Below, in pieces: positions 38,960 to 53,000 of a stretch of 64,000 bases of DNA. The stretch is from Dimorphilus gyrociliatus (Eukaryota; Animalia; Annelida), in assembly GCA_904063045.1 (NCBI GenBank), contig CAJFCJ010000002.1, positions 124,001-188,000 on the forward strand, written 5' to 3'. The notes under the pieces were generated by a model that was given only the letters and a program-made list of their open reading frames with translations, was not told the DNA's origin and made no database searches. Made by a program: the position numbers and the translations under genes. Within the stretch, counting starts at the first letter, position 1; each line of letters starts with the position of its first letter.

Positions 38960-41037
38960 TGAACTTGATATTATTTCAGTAGTTCACTTTGTTAATAATA
39001 TTATCATATTATCATATTATATTATCACTGTTCCTTTATTATCATTATTATTATTATTATCGGACAAAGTTCACTACTTTGTTATTATGTAATCTTATCC
39101 TGCAAAAATAAACCAATTACTTTCGGTAAAAAGTCCAGTTCTTTGAATTTAAAAAAAAGAAAAAAAAAGGAGGAAAAAGAGAAAATGCATCTTCTCTAAA
39201 TTTTTATTCGGCTACCAGTTGAATAAAATTATTATAAACAAGAGGAAAATTTTACTATCCTACGCCTTGTTTACAAAATCATCTTCACCTTTGATCGGTT
39301 TTTATATTAAATGAAAAAAAAGAGTGTCCAATAATTGAACTTTCATCTGTCGAAACAAAGAACCTTATTGAACTCTTGACTCTTCCTTAATCGAGTTCGT
39401 AAACTTGTTTATTTGCTCTATAGTCAAAAAAGGTTTTACTTTTTATTTTTATCTCCTTTTCAACATCCTTTATTAATCCATCCTATCTTTGAGCTTGTTT
39501 ACGCATTCGAGGAAGTTAGGCCTAAGATAAAAGTTAGGCTCAAATTCCAAAATGGTGTTGTTTGTTTTTAAGCCAATTTTTGCACAATCCCGTTTCGGAT
39601 AGATTTATTTATTTAAAGATTACATAAGCGTACCAAAATAGCATATTCAACAACCTCGAAATATCGATATCTTTATCTCTTTTGATGCTGTTTTTTTATT
39701 ATTATTATAACAAAAGGTATAAGGATCTAGGTGTAATTTCCTGCGCACTTACGTAATATAATTCCCATCACTCGTGTTTTTCAATTGTTCAACTTATCAA
39801 ATGTGCGGTGAATATTTATCGGATAAGTATTGTTATGTAACCTATTACGTTGGTTAGATTAGGTATGTTTTTTGCTAGAATTTGTCCTTGATCTTTGCTA
39901 AAATTACTCAGCAATAGAAAAATTTGAACAAAGATTTTTTTTCTCTATTTTTCAGATTTCATTAATCCTATAAATTCTTTATTTTTTCTTATCTTACTTT
40001 GTTCTCTTTATTATCAAATTTTGTCAAAAGATCCTTCGATTTTTCTATAATCAAGATTTTTGCACAAAGATAAAAGAAAATATGTAATAAGATGACCAAA
40101 GATGACCAAGTGCAATTAGAAACTATTTATGAACTATAACTGAATTTTATTCAAATAAATACATTAAATGGGTTAAATAGCAGATAAAAACAAAATATAA
40201 TATCAACTATACATATTTAACCCAAATTCAATTTTAAATCAATATAATTTAATTTATGAACAATCATCCTTAAGCAAATACCGTTTGATATCAATCGATT
40301 ATAGCCTAGAAAGAGTCCCAAGTTCACTGATGTTATGAAACTGAGAGAAAAAAATTACTTTTTTTTATATAATATCAATAAATTATTACATTCGTATTGG
40401 CTAATACTTACTACCCTAACCCGGTCACGACCCGAGAGAGCTCGAACTTTGATTAGAATTGAAATCTTATCTAAGGCTCTAATGAAATCTAAACGAGATA
40501 ACAGATGAATTGTTAAATTTCAAATTTGTCCATAATTTAGGTTTGCAATCCCAATTAGATATGTTGATTAATTGGATATCAACATAGAATACAGTGCTTT
40601 AAACCGTACTCACCCAAGACTTAAAATATCCAACATTTGAAAACTACGTGAAAATCATTTAAAAGAACAAACAATTTTGCTAAAAGAACTTACTGTACTT
40701 AATAATTTATAAAAAAAATTAACCTAAGATCCTGCTTACTAAATCTCTTCGGTGACCTTTATACTCGTTATTAATCTTTGGCTGACAAACAGGCTTAGTA
40801 AGACTTTATTCTTCTAAACAACTATAATTTTAAAAAAGTGGTTATTGCACAAGGAGTTCGATATGTTCTAGAGAGGACGTTCGTCGACCTTTAAAACTTA
40901 CAAAAAAAACTTGATAAGGTAATAATCTTCGTTCTAATGAGGCACGCTGATTATAATACTTGGTTAAAATATTACGAAAAAAAGATTATGGAGATTATAT
41001 GAAAGTTTGGACTTTAACCTTTAATCTAAAACATTGC

Positions 41038-41045
41038 TATATAAA
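41038..41045 (+). promoter_or_regulatory. TATA box of the large lipid transfer protein gene
   Basis: TATATAAA ~30 bp upstream of an Inr-like TTCAGC (~41066-41071) and ~60 bp upstream of the ATG. Confidence 0.6.
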
Positions 41046-41097
41046 CTCAGCATTAGAAATACGACTTCAGCTCACAGCGATATTCCAAAGCCGAAGG

Positions 41098-44000
41098 ATG
41101 GGGTTTAGTAGCCCTGTAATATTTGCCATACTTTTGGCAGCTGCATCGGCCGGTTAGTATCCTTTTATCATTTTTATATAATATATATAAATATATATAT
41201 ATATATATTTAATATTTTGAACAAGAAAGCATATTTTTTGCACAATGGGATACCTCTTAAAATCATTTGGAAAATACTCTCTAGGATATTACTATTAACT
41301 TACATTATTCTCCTTTCTTCTTTAGCATTTCCTATATATTTACAAAGCACTTTATGGATTAAAAGAATTATTTATATATCAGAATTTTATGTATCGTATA
41401 TATATATAGGCAATTTCGTTTTAAAATTGGATTTAACTATATTCTCAACTTACTACACAAAAATTCGTTTTATTCATTTTATATTAGAAAAGATAACTAA
41501 AGAATATTTTCTTAGAGACAAACATCTTTCTAAAACTTTTGTCTTGTTTCTTAATTTAAAACACTAAACGATAAAATTCTTTCTCCCGTCGTTATGGAAT
41601 ATTTAATTACTTCTTTACAAAGTTTTTCAAGTTTTTACGCATATCTTACTTTCTCATTTTACCCTTACAGTTCCTTTAAACTTTGACACAACTTCACAAT
41701 GTGGTACTCAAACGTGCCCTGGTAAGTATTCAATTTTTTTATTGATCTTTTATCTAGGAGAATGATGAATTGAAAGGAAAAAATGTCTTCCTCTTTATGT
41801 AACAAATAATTTGAACGAGGAAAACAAGGCTACATAAGCACATGTTTGTGCACTTATCATATGATCAGCTGTTTTAGATATCCGTTATCGGTTTATGATA
41901 AAATAGCCTTCTTAAGGCCTAAGTTCTTAACAATTTTGGTAGATTGCCAAAACAGATTGTTTGTCGTCCAGAGACGGACTTTGATAATCGGTTAGGTGCG
42001 CACGCGCATCTTTCTCGAGGGAAGCGCCATCTATCTTGACTAGATAAGACAAGAAAAGAGGTTAATGATATTAATTATGTTACAGAACAAACTAAATTGG
42101 GTTACAAGCCCGGAACCGTCTATGAATATGAATACAAGTCCCTCGTCACAACAACGATGCGCGACGTCCCAACTGACAGATCGGAAATGAAAATGGAAGC
42201 CAGAGTCCTTCTAGAGGCCTTGAGCAACTGTGAATTCGGTTTACGTATGGAGAATGTCAAATTGTTTGATGTTCACCCACGTACCCAACAAACTTTGCAA
42301 GCCTCCCAGGAGAGAGAATTCACTCGTTCTATGCAACAAAATGCAATTCGATTCTCCATGATCAATGGCGTCGTCGAAAGCGTTTGCCCATCTCCCAAAG
42401 ATGACAAGCGTATAATCAACGCTAAGAGGGCTATCATTTCTGCATTCCAGAATACTCAGGCAGATCTCAAGGAAAATCACCAAGGCTTGGAAGTACGTTT
42501 TTACCATTTATCTTGTTAAATATCCGCTAATCTTTTCTCTCTTTCTAATTAGCGATCCATTCATGGTGAATGCCCAGTAACTTACACCGTTTCTAACGGA
42601 TGGACTGAGAGCACCATCAGAAAGGTCAAAGACATTCCTAGATGCACACACCGTTATGCATTTAACACTCCAATCCAAGCTATTCCATTCAAAACTGAAA
42701 GGCAAAGCGTCCCAATAATCGATTCCAAAGCAGAATGCCAACAAAAATACAACTCCAAAGGCTATCTTCGCGAATCTATCTGCATTGAAACTCACGTCAA
42801 CAAGCCTTTTGATTCTTACGGCCAGGGCATGGAAACGAAGATTGAACAAAATCTTAAATATGTCACTGAAACAAGAAACTCAAGAGGAATCAGAAGATAC
42901 GATGATTCAAACATCAAGACATCTTTGTTGTTCGACCACATGATGGAAGAAGAAGAAATTTCCGAAACCGGAGATGCTGAAAAAATTCTCAAGCAATTGT
43001 GCAGCAATGAAGAAATTACTAAGGAAACTCCAATTCTGTTCTCTGAATTGATCCGCTCTCTTCGTAAATTGAACGCTGAAAGCCTTTCTGAATTGTACAA
43101 CAGAAAGACCCTCCAATCTATGTGCCCAAGAGCCAAGAAATACATTAGAGATTCTATCCCTATGTTGTCAAGCCCTGCATCTATAAAGATGATCAATGAA
43201 TTGATCAACAGCAAAGACTTGTCTGGCTCACAAGCTGATACTTGGATCACTTCCCTTACTTTCATCAACTCTCCATCCACTGCCACCATTGAACAAATTT
43301 ACCAATTGCTCAGCAGCGTTCCATACAGAAAATCATTGGCCCTTACCGCTGGTTCTGTCGTTGCCACTTACTGCAAGCAACATGGCAGCTGTGATAATAG
43401 TATCCCAGTTATGAATATCAGAGATTTCTTCTTGAAGAACATTGAAAACTGCCAAGCCAGAGACAAGGCTGATCATGATAGAATTGTTATGTCTCTTAAG
43501 GGTCTTGGAAACATGGGTTGTGGAGATTCAAACACCGTCGATGCATTGGTCAGATGCGCCAACACCGAATCTGCCGATATGGAAACCAGAGTTGAAGCTG
43601 TTAAGGCTTTCAGAAGAATGCCATGCAACAGAGAATACAGCGAAAAATTGAGCGAAATCGTTGCCAATGAACAATTTGATTCTGAATTGAGAATCAACGC
43701 CTACATTTCCACCATGAGATGCCCAACTGAACAATTATTCCGCAAAATCAACAACATGCTTCTTGAAGAGAAAATCAACCAAGTTTCCAGCTTTGTTTGG
43801 ACTCACTTGACCAACCTTAAAGAAACCAGTGATATCTTCAAATCCGATATCAGAAGAATCGTTGAAAACCAAGAATTAAAGAAAAATTTCGATATGGATA
43901 AGAGAAAGTTCTCCAGAAACATTGAAATTTCCAGATACCTTGAAATGTTGAATTTGGGTGCTAAAGCCGAATCCAACGTCATTTTCTCCACCCAATCTTT

Positions 44001-47000
44001 CGTTCCACGATCTGCTTCTCTTAACTTGACTGTTGATATGTTCGGTTCTTCCATCAACCTTTTGGAAGTTGGAGGAAGAGTTCAAGGAGTTGAAGATGTT
44101 CTTGAAAAATACCTCAGCAAGAGAAAGGAAATGCCCGCTGATGACAACAGCGTTATGAAATACCTTGATGGAAAATTCGGACAACAAAAAGAAAGAATGC
44201 AAGCCAGCGCTTTCGCTAGAGTCTTTGGAAACGAAATCTACTACACTGATGTCCATGACTGGAATTTCCCAAGTACCAACAGAGCTAGCTACATGGAAAT
44301 GTTCCAAAATATGGCTGATGGTTCATCCGCAATGGATTTCACAAAATCTGTTCAATTCCTTGATCTTGAAATGTCGATCCCAACTCACATGGGTTTGCCA
44401 TTGAAACTTAAATTGACCGCTTCCTCTACCATGAACTTGAAAGCTCAGGGCAAAGCTGATTTCAGAAGTCTCTTTATGGGACAACTCGACATCAATGGAC
44501 AACTTCGTCCATCTGCTGCTTTGGCCGTTCAAGCTGAAATCAGCGTCGATGCTATCTATGCTAAATCTGGATTGAAGACTATCAGCACTTTGCACACATC
44601 TACCGCTGCCGATGGAAGAATCATCTTCAACAAAGACAGCAAGGTCGATATGGAAATCAACGTACCAAAAGAAAAAATGGACGTCTTCAGCGTTGACAGA
44701 AAATTCTTCATGATCTGGAGAGAAGATACCGAAGTTGCAGAACCAGAAAACAGAATGGCTCGTTTTGAAAAATGCTTTGGACCAAGAAATGTCTTGGGCT
44801 TGGAACTTTGCGCCAATATGGGCAGCAGAACTTCCTCTCCTTTATCAGGACCACTCTCTCTTGGAGTTGCTCTTAAGAAGACTGATACTTACCAAAAGAT
44901 CAAGCTTTTCTTTGACATTAAGCCAACTATGCCAGAACCCCAAATGAAATTCATCTTTGATACCCCAGGCTCTTCTATCGACAGAAAAATTGTTTTGGAC
45001 CTTGTCACCAAGGGTAGAGAATTGAGCTTGAGAGGCTCTGCTCCATGGAAACAATCCAGAGCTCATTTGAGAGGAGACTTGAACTACCAACCACAAAGAA
45101 GCCAAGATCTTACTTTGGAAATTGAAGCCGAAGAAAAAACTTGGGCCTTGAAAGCAAGAAATGAATACAGAAAGGGAACTCACAATGCCGAAATCTCTAT
45201 CGTTAGACCAAACAGAGATGACATTAAATTCAGCGTTGAGGCTAACCTCGAGAATGAAATGTCTTTTGATATCAAGCACAAGAACTTGCTTCCACGTCAA
45301 GGAAAACTTCACGGAAGTGTTAGCTTTATGTCAAATGGAGCTTATAAACTACAAATGCGCAACTCTTATGGAGACAGAAAAGATATTGCCTACATGACCG
45401 TCAGACTACCAAACAAGAGAGACTCAACCAGCATCCTAAATGTTTTGTACAACCTCAACGGAAACAAAATGGTTTCATTCACTGGTAGATTGGAAGATTC
45501 TTCTTCCAGAGTTAAGACTGCTCTTGCACTTAAAATGGAAATGGAAAACCGTTTTGCTCCTAAAGCCAATTTCAACTTGAACACCAAATACGAAAAGGAT
45601 AGAAGAAGTCTTAACGTCGACATGAACGTAAATTACTTGAAGAACGAAAGATCCACTTTGGCTCTTAAATTGGAAAATAGAGGACAAGGATTGAATGATG
45701 ATATGATTGCTGAAATTGAAGTTAAACATACCCCACTTAACATTCATCGTGATTTTGAGTTGATCGCTAAAAAGACCCTCAAATCTCCAGCCAAATACAT
45801 GCTTAAATTGGTAAGCGAAAGCCAAGGAGATAACGAATTCGAAGTCCAGATTGAACATGAAAGAAGAATGAACAGACTTGAAGTCGCTACCTACGGCCAT
45901 GTTTCTGTCTACTCTAAGAAATACATTGTTTTGGAACATTCTTTGAAACCATCCGGTGAAAACAGATATAACAACAACCTTCTTGTCTCTGTTTGGGGCA
46001 ATGAATTTAGATTGGACGGACATGTCACCCTTGGAGAAGTAATCAGCTTCTCATCCACTCTTACCAATCCTTTTACCGAAAAAATGTACATCAAGGGAAA
46101 CACCAACAGAAATTTGATGAATTATCAAGGTGACATCGAAGCTAGCATGTGGGGAGTTAAAGTCTCTTCTGCAGCTGACTGGTCAATCAGAAGAACATCT
46201 GAAGGATTTAGAATTGAAACCAACTTGAGAAGCGCCAGCCCAGTTCACCAATCCAAAATGAGAGCAGTTGTGAACAAGGAAAGACAAACCTACGAAACTA
46301 AACTCTCAATGAACTTCAATCAACTTGAAGGTTCCGTTGAAACCAGATTCGTTGCTGATCCTCAAAGACCCCAACTTAAAATCAAGACCATGGTTGGAGG
46401 AGAAACCATTGAATTGAGAACCTCCGCTAAAGTTGGCAAATACAACTATAATGCTAAAGCTGTTCTTGAATCATCTTTGATGGAAAAAATGGAACTTAAC
46501 ATGAACTACGAATATACTAGAAACATGTACAAGGTCGAAGCCGATTATGCTTGGAAACAACATGTTCTTGGAATGAACTACGTCATCGAAAAATTGAATG
46601 GATGGCAATCCGCAAAGGCTGAATTTGAAATCACCACTCCATACCGTATTCGCAGTATAAAGGAAAGCATGATGTACAATTTCAGAAATAACGGTGAATA
46701 CATCGTTAAAGCTATTGGATCTATCAACAACAAAAAAATCACCCTCGTTTCCGAAGGAAAAGTTGACTTAAGCCAAGCTATTATCCGCACTGAAAACAGT
46801 TTGGATACTCCATTCTGGCCCAAATTGACCCTTGACTTTAAACTTGAAAGCACTGAAAGAGTCTTCAACACCTTCATGAAAATAAAATCTGATTCTGAAA
46901 ATGTCTTTACCATTTTGAACAAAATCGATATCAATGGCGTTCAACCATCCATCACCTTTAAGACAACTTGGGGCACCAACGGATTTATCGATACTACCTT

Positions 47001-50000
47001 CTTGACTAAACTCGATAGACAAGATTACGCTATTACCAAGATCAAGACCCGTGGTACTTTGAGAACATCATTCCGATCCGTTAGAGAATGGTCTGCCACA
47101 TTCAACCTTCAAAACTTCAAAGAACAAAAACTCGTCAGTTTAATGTGCCAATGGAATAATAAGGATGCTGAATTGAGATTTGAAATGAATCACGATCCTA
47201 GCTTCATGAGAAGGAACAAGGGAGAAATTACTCTTCGATTCCCATGCAAAGACAATTCACCAATCTCAACCACCTGGAATTACGAAATGAAAGATATGAA
47301 ACTTGTTCTTGAAGGAGCCTATAAACACCCCAAATACAATCACCAAATGAGAATCGCCGGTGAAATGAAATTGGGCAAGATCAACAAATTAGATGTCGAA
47401 GCTAAGTTGTCAATGGAAAACTACGGAGAGAAAGACATGATGGCTGTCGTCATGAAACATGAGTGTGATACCATCTGGTGGAGAAATACTAACACCGAGC
47501 TTGTATACAAATACAACAGCGTTGAATACAAATTGACACAAACTTTGCAATTCCTCGGTGAGTCTTTGGAAGCTACCCTAGGCCTTACCCTCCCAAAAGA
47601 CGAGTATACTCTTAAATTGGACAACCAATGGGGCAGTGAAATTAAATTCAACAACGAATTAATCAGAAACAACCAAGTCATATCTGTATCTGGTGAAGGA
47701 AGATACGAAAACGCTTACACTGTCGAGGGAGAAATCAGAATCAAGACTCCATTCCAAACATTGAAAAGACTTTCCTACAAAACTGAAACCGGCATGAAGG
47801 GAAGCAGAAAATGGACTAGCATCTCTGTTTTCCGTTACAACGGTATGGAAACTAAGCAAGACATTGAATGTACTTTCGGAAACAAGAAGATGATCACTTT
47901 CTCTTACGAAAACAACTACATGCCTGAGTCCAACTTCAATATTGAAGGTTCCTACCAAGGAAAAATGAACAACCTTAGAATTAATGGTAAATTCCAAAGA
48001 GGCGATTTTGAAACTACACTTGAGGGAACTTGCCGCTTCAAGGGCAACGGCCAATACAACTTGGATCTTATCGTTACAGGAACTGGAATGAATGAATGGA
48101 AAATTAAATCTCAACACAAATCATCTGATGTTAATGAATTGCCTATTGGAAACTCTTTCATGATCCATCGTATTAGCATTGGAGGCAAGCATATGTATGA
48201 GTACAGACATGATTTCGATCTTGAAGGATGGAACAAATTGAACAAAGCCATCATAACATTGAAAGCTCCAGGTTCTCATTACAAAATCAACACCGATTAT
48301 GAAATCAACCACAACGGACCTTCAAAGGAACACAAAATGAAATTCCTCATCAACACTCCAATGACCAGAAGATTAAAATTCGATCTCGAACATGTTCTTG
48401 ACATGAGCAAATCAGGAAGTGTTGGCTCTCTTAACGGTGAATTCGGTAATAACAAATTCAGATACAATCACAACGTTCACTATCCAACTTGGCAACATTT
48501 GAAAACCTTAGATGGAGATTTAACAATCAATGGTGTCAAATATGAACTTGAAGGTAGTTACAAATACGAGCCAACTGAAACTATGGGTAAATTGAATATC
48601 ATCTCTCCAAGCATGAAAATCCTTGGTGTTGATGTTGTTCTCCAAAACCCAGCTGATAACAAATACATCGTCAATAGCGATGTCACTGTCAAGTGTACTA
48701 TCATGAATGTAGATTACCGTGTTGATGAAGTTCTCAAGGTTTCCACTGACTACATGAACGTCGACTATAACTTAGTCTACTCTCACCCAAGAGGAGAATA
48801 CAAGTTTGACACTACTTACAGCATTGAAGAAAAATCAGCCGAACTCATGATTAAAGCTTATTCACCAAGCCAAACATACTTCGGTATTTCCGGCAAGTAC
48901 AACGGTAATAATTATTATTACAAATACCCCATCGAAATGACTGAGGAACTACAAGTTGAATACATGGGAATGAAGTATGCTTACATCAGCAGCTTGAAAA
49001 TGCCATCTCCTTTCAAAATTGAAAATCACGAACAAAAATTTGTCACTCCTTATGGAACTTACGAAATTGTCTACGATTATGATTTGGCCATTACTGCATC
49101 CAAGGGAAATCTAAGAATTACCGGACCAACTTTCAGAGACATCACCCTCGACTTTGAAACTGCTTTAGAAAACAGCTACAACTACATGTCTCGTAAAGTC
49201 AATGCTAACATGAACTTGGGATACAGTGGCAAACAATACAGCGCTGGTTACGAAACCGATATTAGTGGTCTAGAAATCAACAAGTTCCATGTCTACTACA
49301 AGACCCCAGCAGGAACTTATGAAATGAACTTGAAGGGTAATATGAATAAGGGTTATCTAACCTTCGCAACACCAATCTACGGTTATGAAAGATTTGGAAT
49401 CATTGTCGAAAGAGAATCTAGATTGACTTACTGGCCTTTGGGCAAAGATACCTTGAAAGTTGAAGCATTCCTTAAGAATGATGAAGTTAGCTACAGACAC
49501 GACTACAGTCTAAGCGCTGAAGAATTGTCCTTTGATGTTAAATTGGAAACTCCAGCTACTCATCCAATGAAATTGAAAATCAGCAGCCGAGGCTCTATGT
49601 CTTCTTTCACCAACTCTCTAACTTTGACCGCCCAAAAAGAAGAATGGTCTGCTGAACTTAACGGCAAAATCAATCTCCCAGACGTTACCTTGAAAACTGT
49701 TGTTAACACTCCAATCAGAGGTTACAAAAATCTTGAAATCGAAATGATTCATGAAGGTTCTCTTATGAACCCAACATGTCAAATCAGCATGAACATTTTC
49801 AAACCCATGACCCTCAAAATCAACTACGATTTAACTTCTTCCCCAAGATACCCAATTGAAATCAGTTTGAATATGGACCAAGAATACAAATTCAACGCTG
49901 AATTGGTCTTAGGATCTACCTTTGATTTGAAAGCCATGGTCAGAATCCCAGAAACCTACGGATTCGAAATCAGACATGAAGGACCATTGACTAACTTCAA

Positions 50001-53000
50001 ACAAACCGGAAAAGTTATCCTCGGAGGTCAAGAACACAAAGCCGAAATGACATTTGAACTTCAAAATGATGGTTTGAAATACGAAATCGACATTGATGAA
50101 CTATTTGATGCTGAAATCGAGCACAAGGGAGGTCTATTGAACTTCAAAAATGAAATGGAAGTAGACTACAAAGAATATAAATATAAATTGGAAACTTCTC
50201 TCGAAGCTAACAGATATAACGTAGAATTAAACACCAAGGCTACCTATCCCAATTATCGGGGATCTATCCAAAAGAGATCTTTGACATTTGTTAACACTCT
50301 TAAAAACAAAGAATTGGCCACCGAATTCAAACTTGAACTCTCTCCCGAAGACAAAGAAATCTCTGGTGAACTCAAGGCTGAATTGAAATCTAATGGAGTC
50401 AGTGTAAATGCTCTTTACAAGAATCAACAAACTTACGAATTTACTCTTAACTACGAAACCAAATCTTACTGGAGAGGTATGGATACCGTTATTGAAATCA
50501 GATCTCCAAGAAACCACAACAAGGCTGTTATCAACTACAACTTGGGAGCTGAAAACGATTTGGACTTCAATGTCATTGTAACTGTAAAATCTCAAAAATC
50601 TGGAGTAAACTTCAGATTTGAACCATCTAAAGAAGGATTTGAAGTCAATGGAAAATGTTTCATTGCCAACAGAGCTCTCCCATTCAGCTTGACTCTTAAG
50701 AAAGAAGATCAAACCATCCGTTTCGAATTGGCCATCCCAATGATCTCTACCAAAATGACTCACAAACTCCTTAGAGGCGGATTTAAAACTCATATCGATG
50801 CTACCTTCAAAGAAAACAGATTTGAAGGCGAAACTTCCTTTGTCAGAAACAAGGATGTCATTACTGTTAGTGCACAAATGGTTTCACCTGTTCAATTCAA
50901 CATTGATCTTGAAAGCAAAGGAACTTGGTCTAACTTCGAAACCGCTGCTGAAGGAGCTTTCCCATGGGACTCCATCCCCAACTTCTCCTTGAAAAAGACT
51001 TTCACCTGCCATAAACAAGGATTTAAAACCAGCATGGACGGACAATGGCAAGGCATGAGCCACAAATACTCCTTGACTCACGATATTCGCGGCGACACCA
51101 CGCACACTATTGGTTCTATTGATATGTACGGAAGAAAATATTCTACTAACATCAAGAACAAAATGGTCTCTCTCGACGATTTCAACACTGAATTCGATTT
51201 ATCTTACGGAGACAAAAAAATCAACGGAAACATGATGTCTAAGAGAGATGATAGTCAATGGTGGGGAACTCACGACATGAGAATTGTTGCTCACTTGAGC
51301 ACTCCATGCCCATTCTTCAGAACTTTCAGCCTCGACTTTGATAGCCAACGTAAATCTGGAAATTTGAACACCAAAGTCAAATTCAACATGAACGAATTCA
51401 ATGTTGAACTTGCCGCAGAACACAAGGACAATGTCATGACCATACTCTTGACCAAACCAATGCAAGGAGAGCTCACTCTTACCATGAACTCTCTTTACCC
51501 CAATGTAGATATCGACTTCACAGTTTCTCACATGGGAAAAAGATGCAACGGAGTATACAAGATGATCTACGGTAAACAACTTTATGTTGAATACAAAGGA
51601 TACCAAGGAATGAACTTGAACTTAAACTTGGAACGCAAAGAACAATACGATGAAGTTAAGTACATCAGCGAATATTCTTATAGCAACAGAAATTATGAAA
51701 ACAAATGGAACAATGTCATCAGAGTTCAAAGACAAAGAAACGGAAAGAGAGTAATCACTCTTGAAGTTAATACTCCAATTTACGGTGTTACTCCATACTT
51801 GAAGGTAGAGTCTCTCATCATCCCAGGAAAAATTGAAGGATCTATCGACTTGAAAGCTGGACGTCATCATTTCCAAACTGCTGGACTGATCGATTATGAA
51901 AGAGAATTGAGAGCTGAATGGACTCTTCAACACCCACAAGCCAATCTTGATGTTAAGTTTGATGGAGAAATCAGAAATTCCGCAAACGGAGTTGGAGGTA
52001 AAATGAAATTGAACTACTTGACATCTTACGATAGAGAAGTTAAGGAATTACTTGGAGATTTCCTTCTTGATTTGAACAAACAAGAATTCGAAATTACTGC
52101 TACTACTCCAATCACCACTGTTGGCCTTGTAGCCAAGAGAAAGCAATTTAAGGCTCTACAAAACGTCTTTGAAATCACTGGAAAAATCGACGATGAATCT
52201 TTCACCGCTGATGTTGATATGGATATGAGAGCTAAACGTTTACAGTCAACTTTCAATCATAACGGACGTAAATTCTACGCTTATGCTCATTACGCCGACA
52301 ACAGACACATTAAATTGGCTCTTGAACACGAACACGGATCTAAGAGAAATGTTGATGGACACTTCCTTGTCTCCCTCGATTCCAGAAACTTGGCCCTCTT
52401 TGATGCCAAATGGGAACCACACTGCAAACATTTCTTGACCAAATTGAATAGAAACTTCCAAGCAAAACTTGAAGATCTATACGAAATGACCATCTCTTCC
52501 GTTGCACGTGAATACAGCATGAAAATGGAAACCTATGAAGAAATCGTTAGACCAGTCGTTGAAGATGTCAAACAAGCTTACTATGAAAACAAATTCTATT
52601 TGAGATCAATTTGTAACAAAGTATCCCAAGCTATGGACGTTGCTATGATTGGCGTAAGACACTTAGGAGAAATCCTTTACCGTTTGGGAAGCTACGTTCA
52701 AACAGTTTATGAAACCGTCTATTACATCTTTAAAACTTACGTAACTCTTGTTATTGAAGAGATCAACTATTGGATCCGTTGGGCTAATGGAAAATTAAAC
52801 CAAATTTACGACAGAATTGTTGCCATGACATACCACTACGTCGAGTACATCCACCAATGTCTCAGTACCAACTACCTTACCAGAAATATCTACAATTTCG
52901 TTTACAACACCGAATTCCATCAAAGAACTATTCTTAGAGCACAAAGATACATGAGAAATGTCTACAGAAAAATTTACAACAGTCCTGTTCTTTCTTACTT

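Noticed and set aside
41157-41165. U12-type donor motif GTATCCTTT in intron 1 of the lipid-transfer gene
   Set aside because: Using it would frameshift exon 2; the U2 donor at 41153 is in frame.
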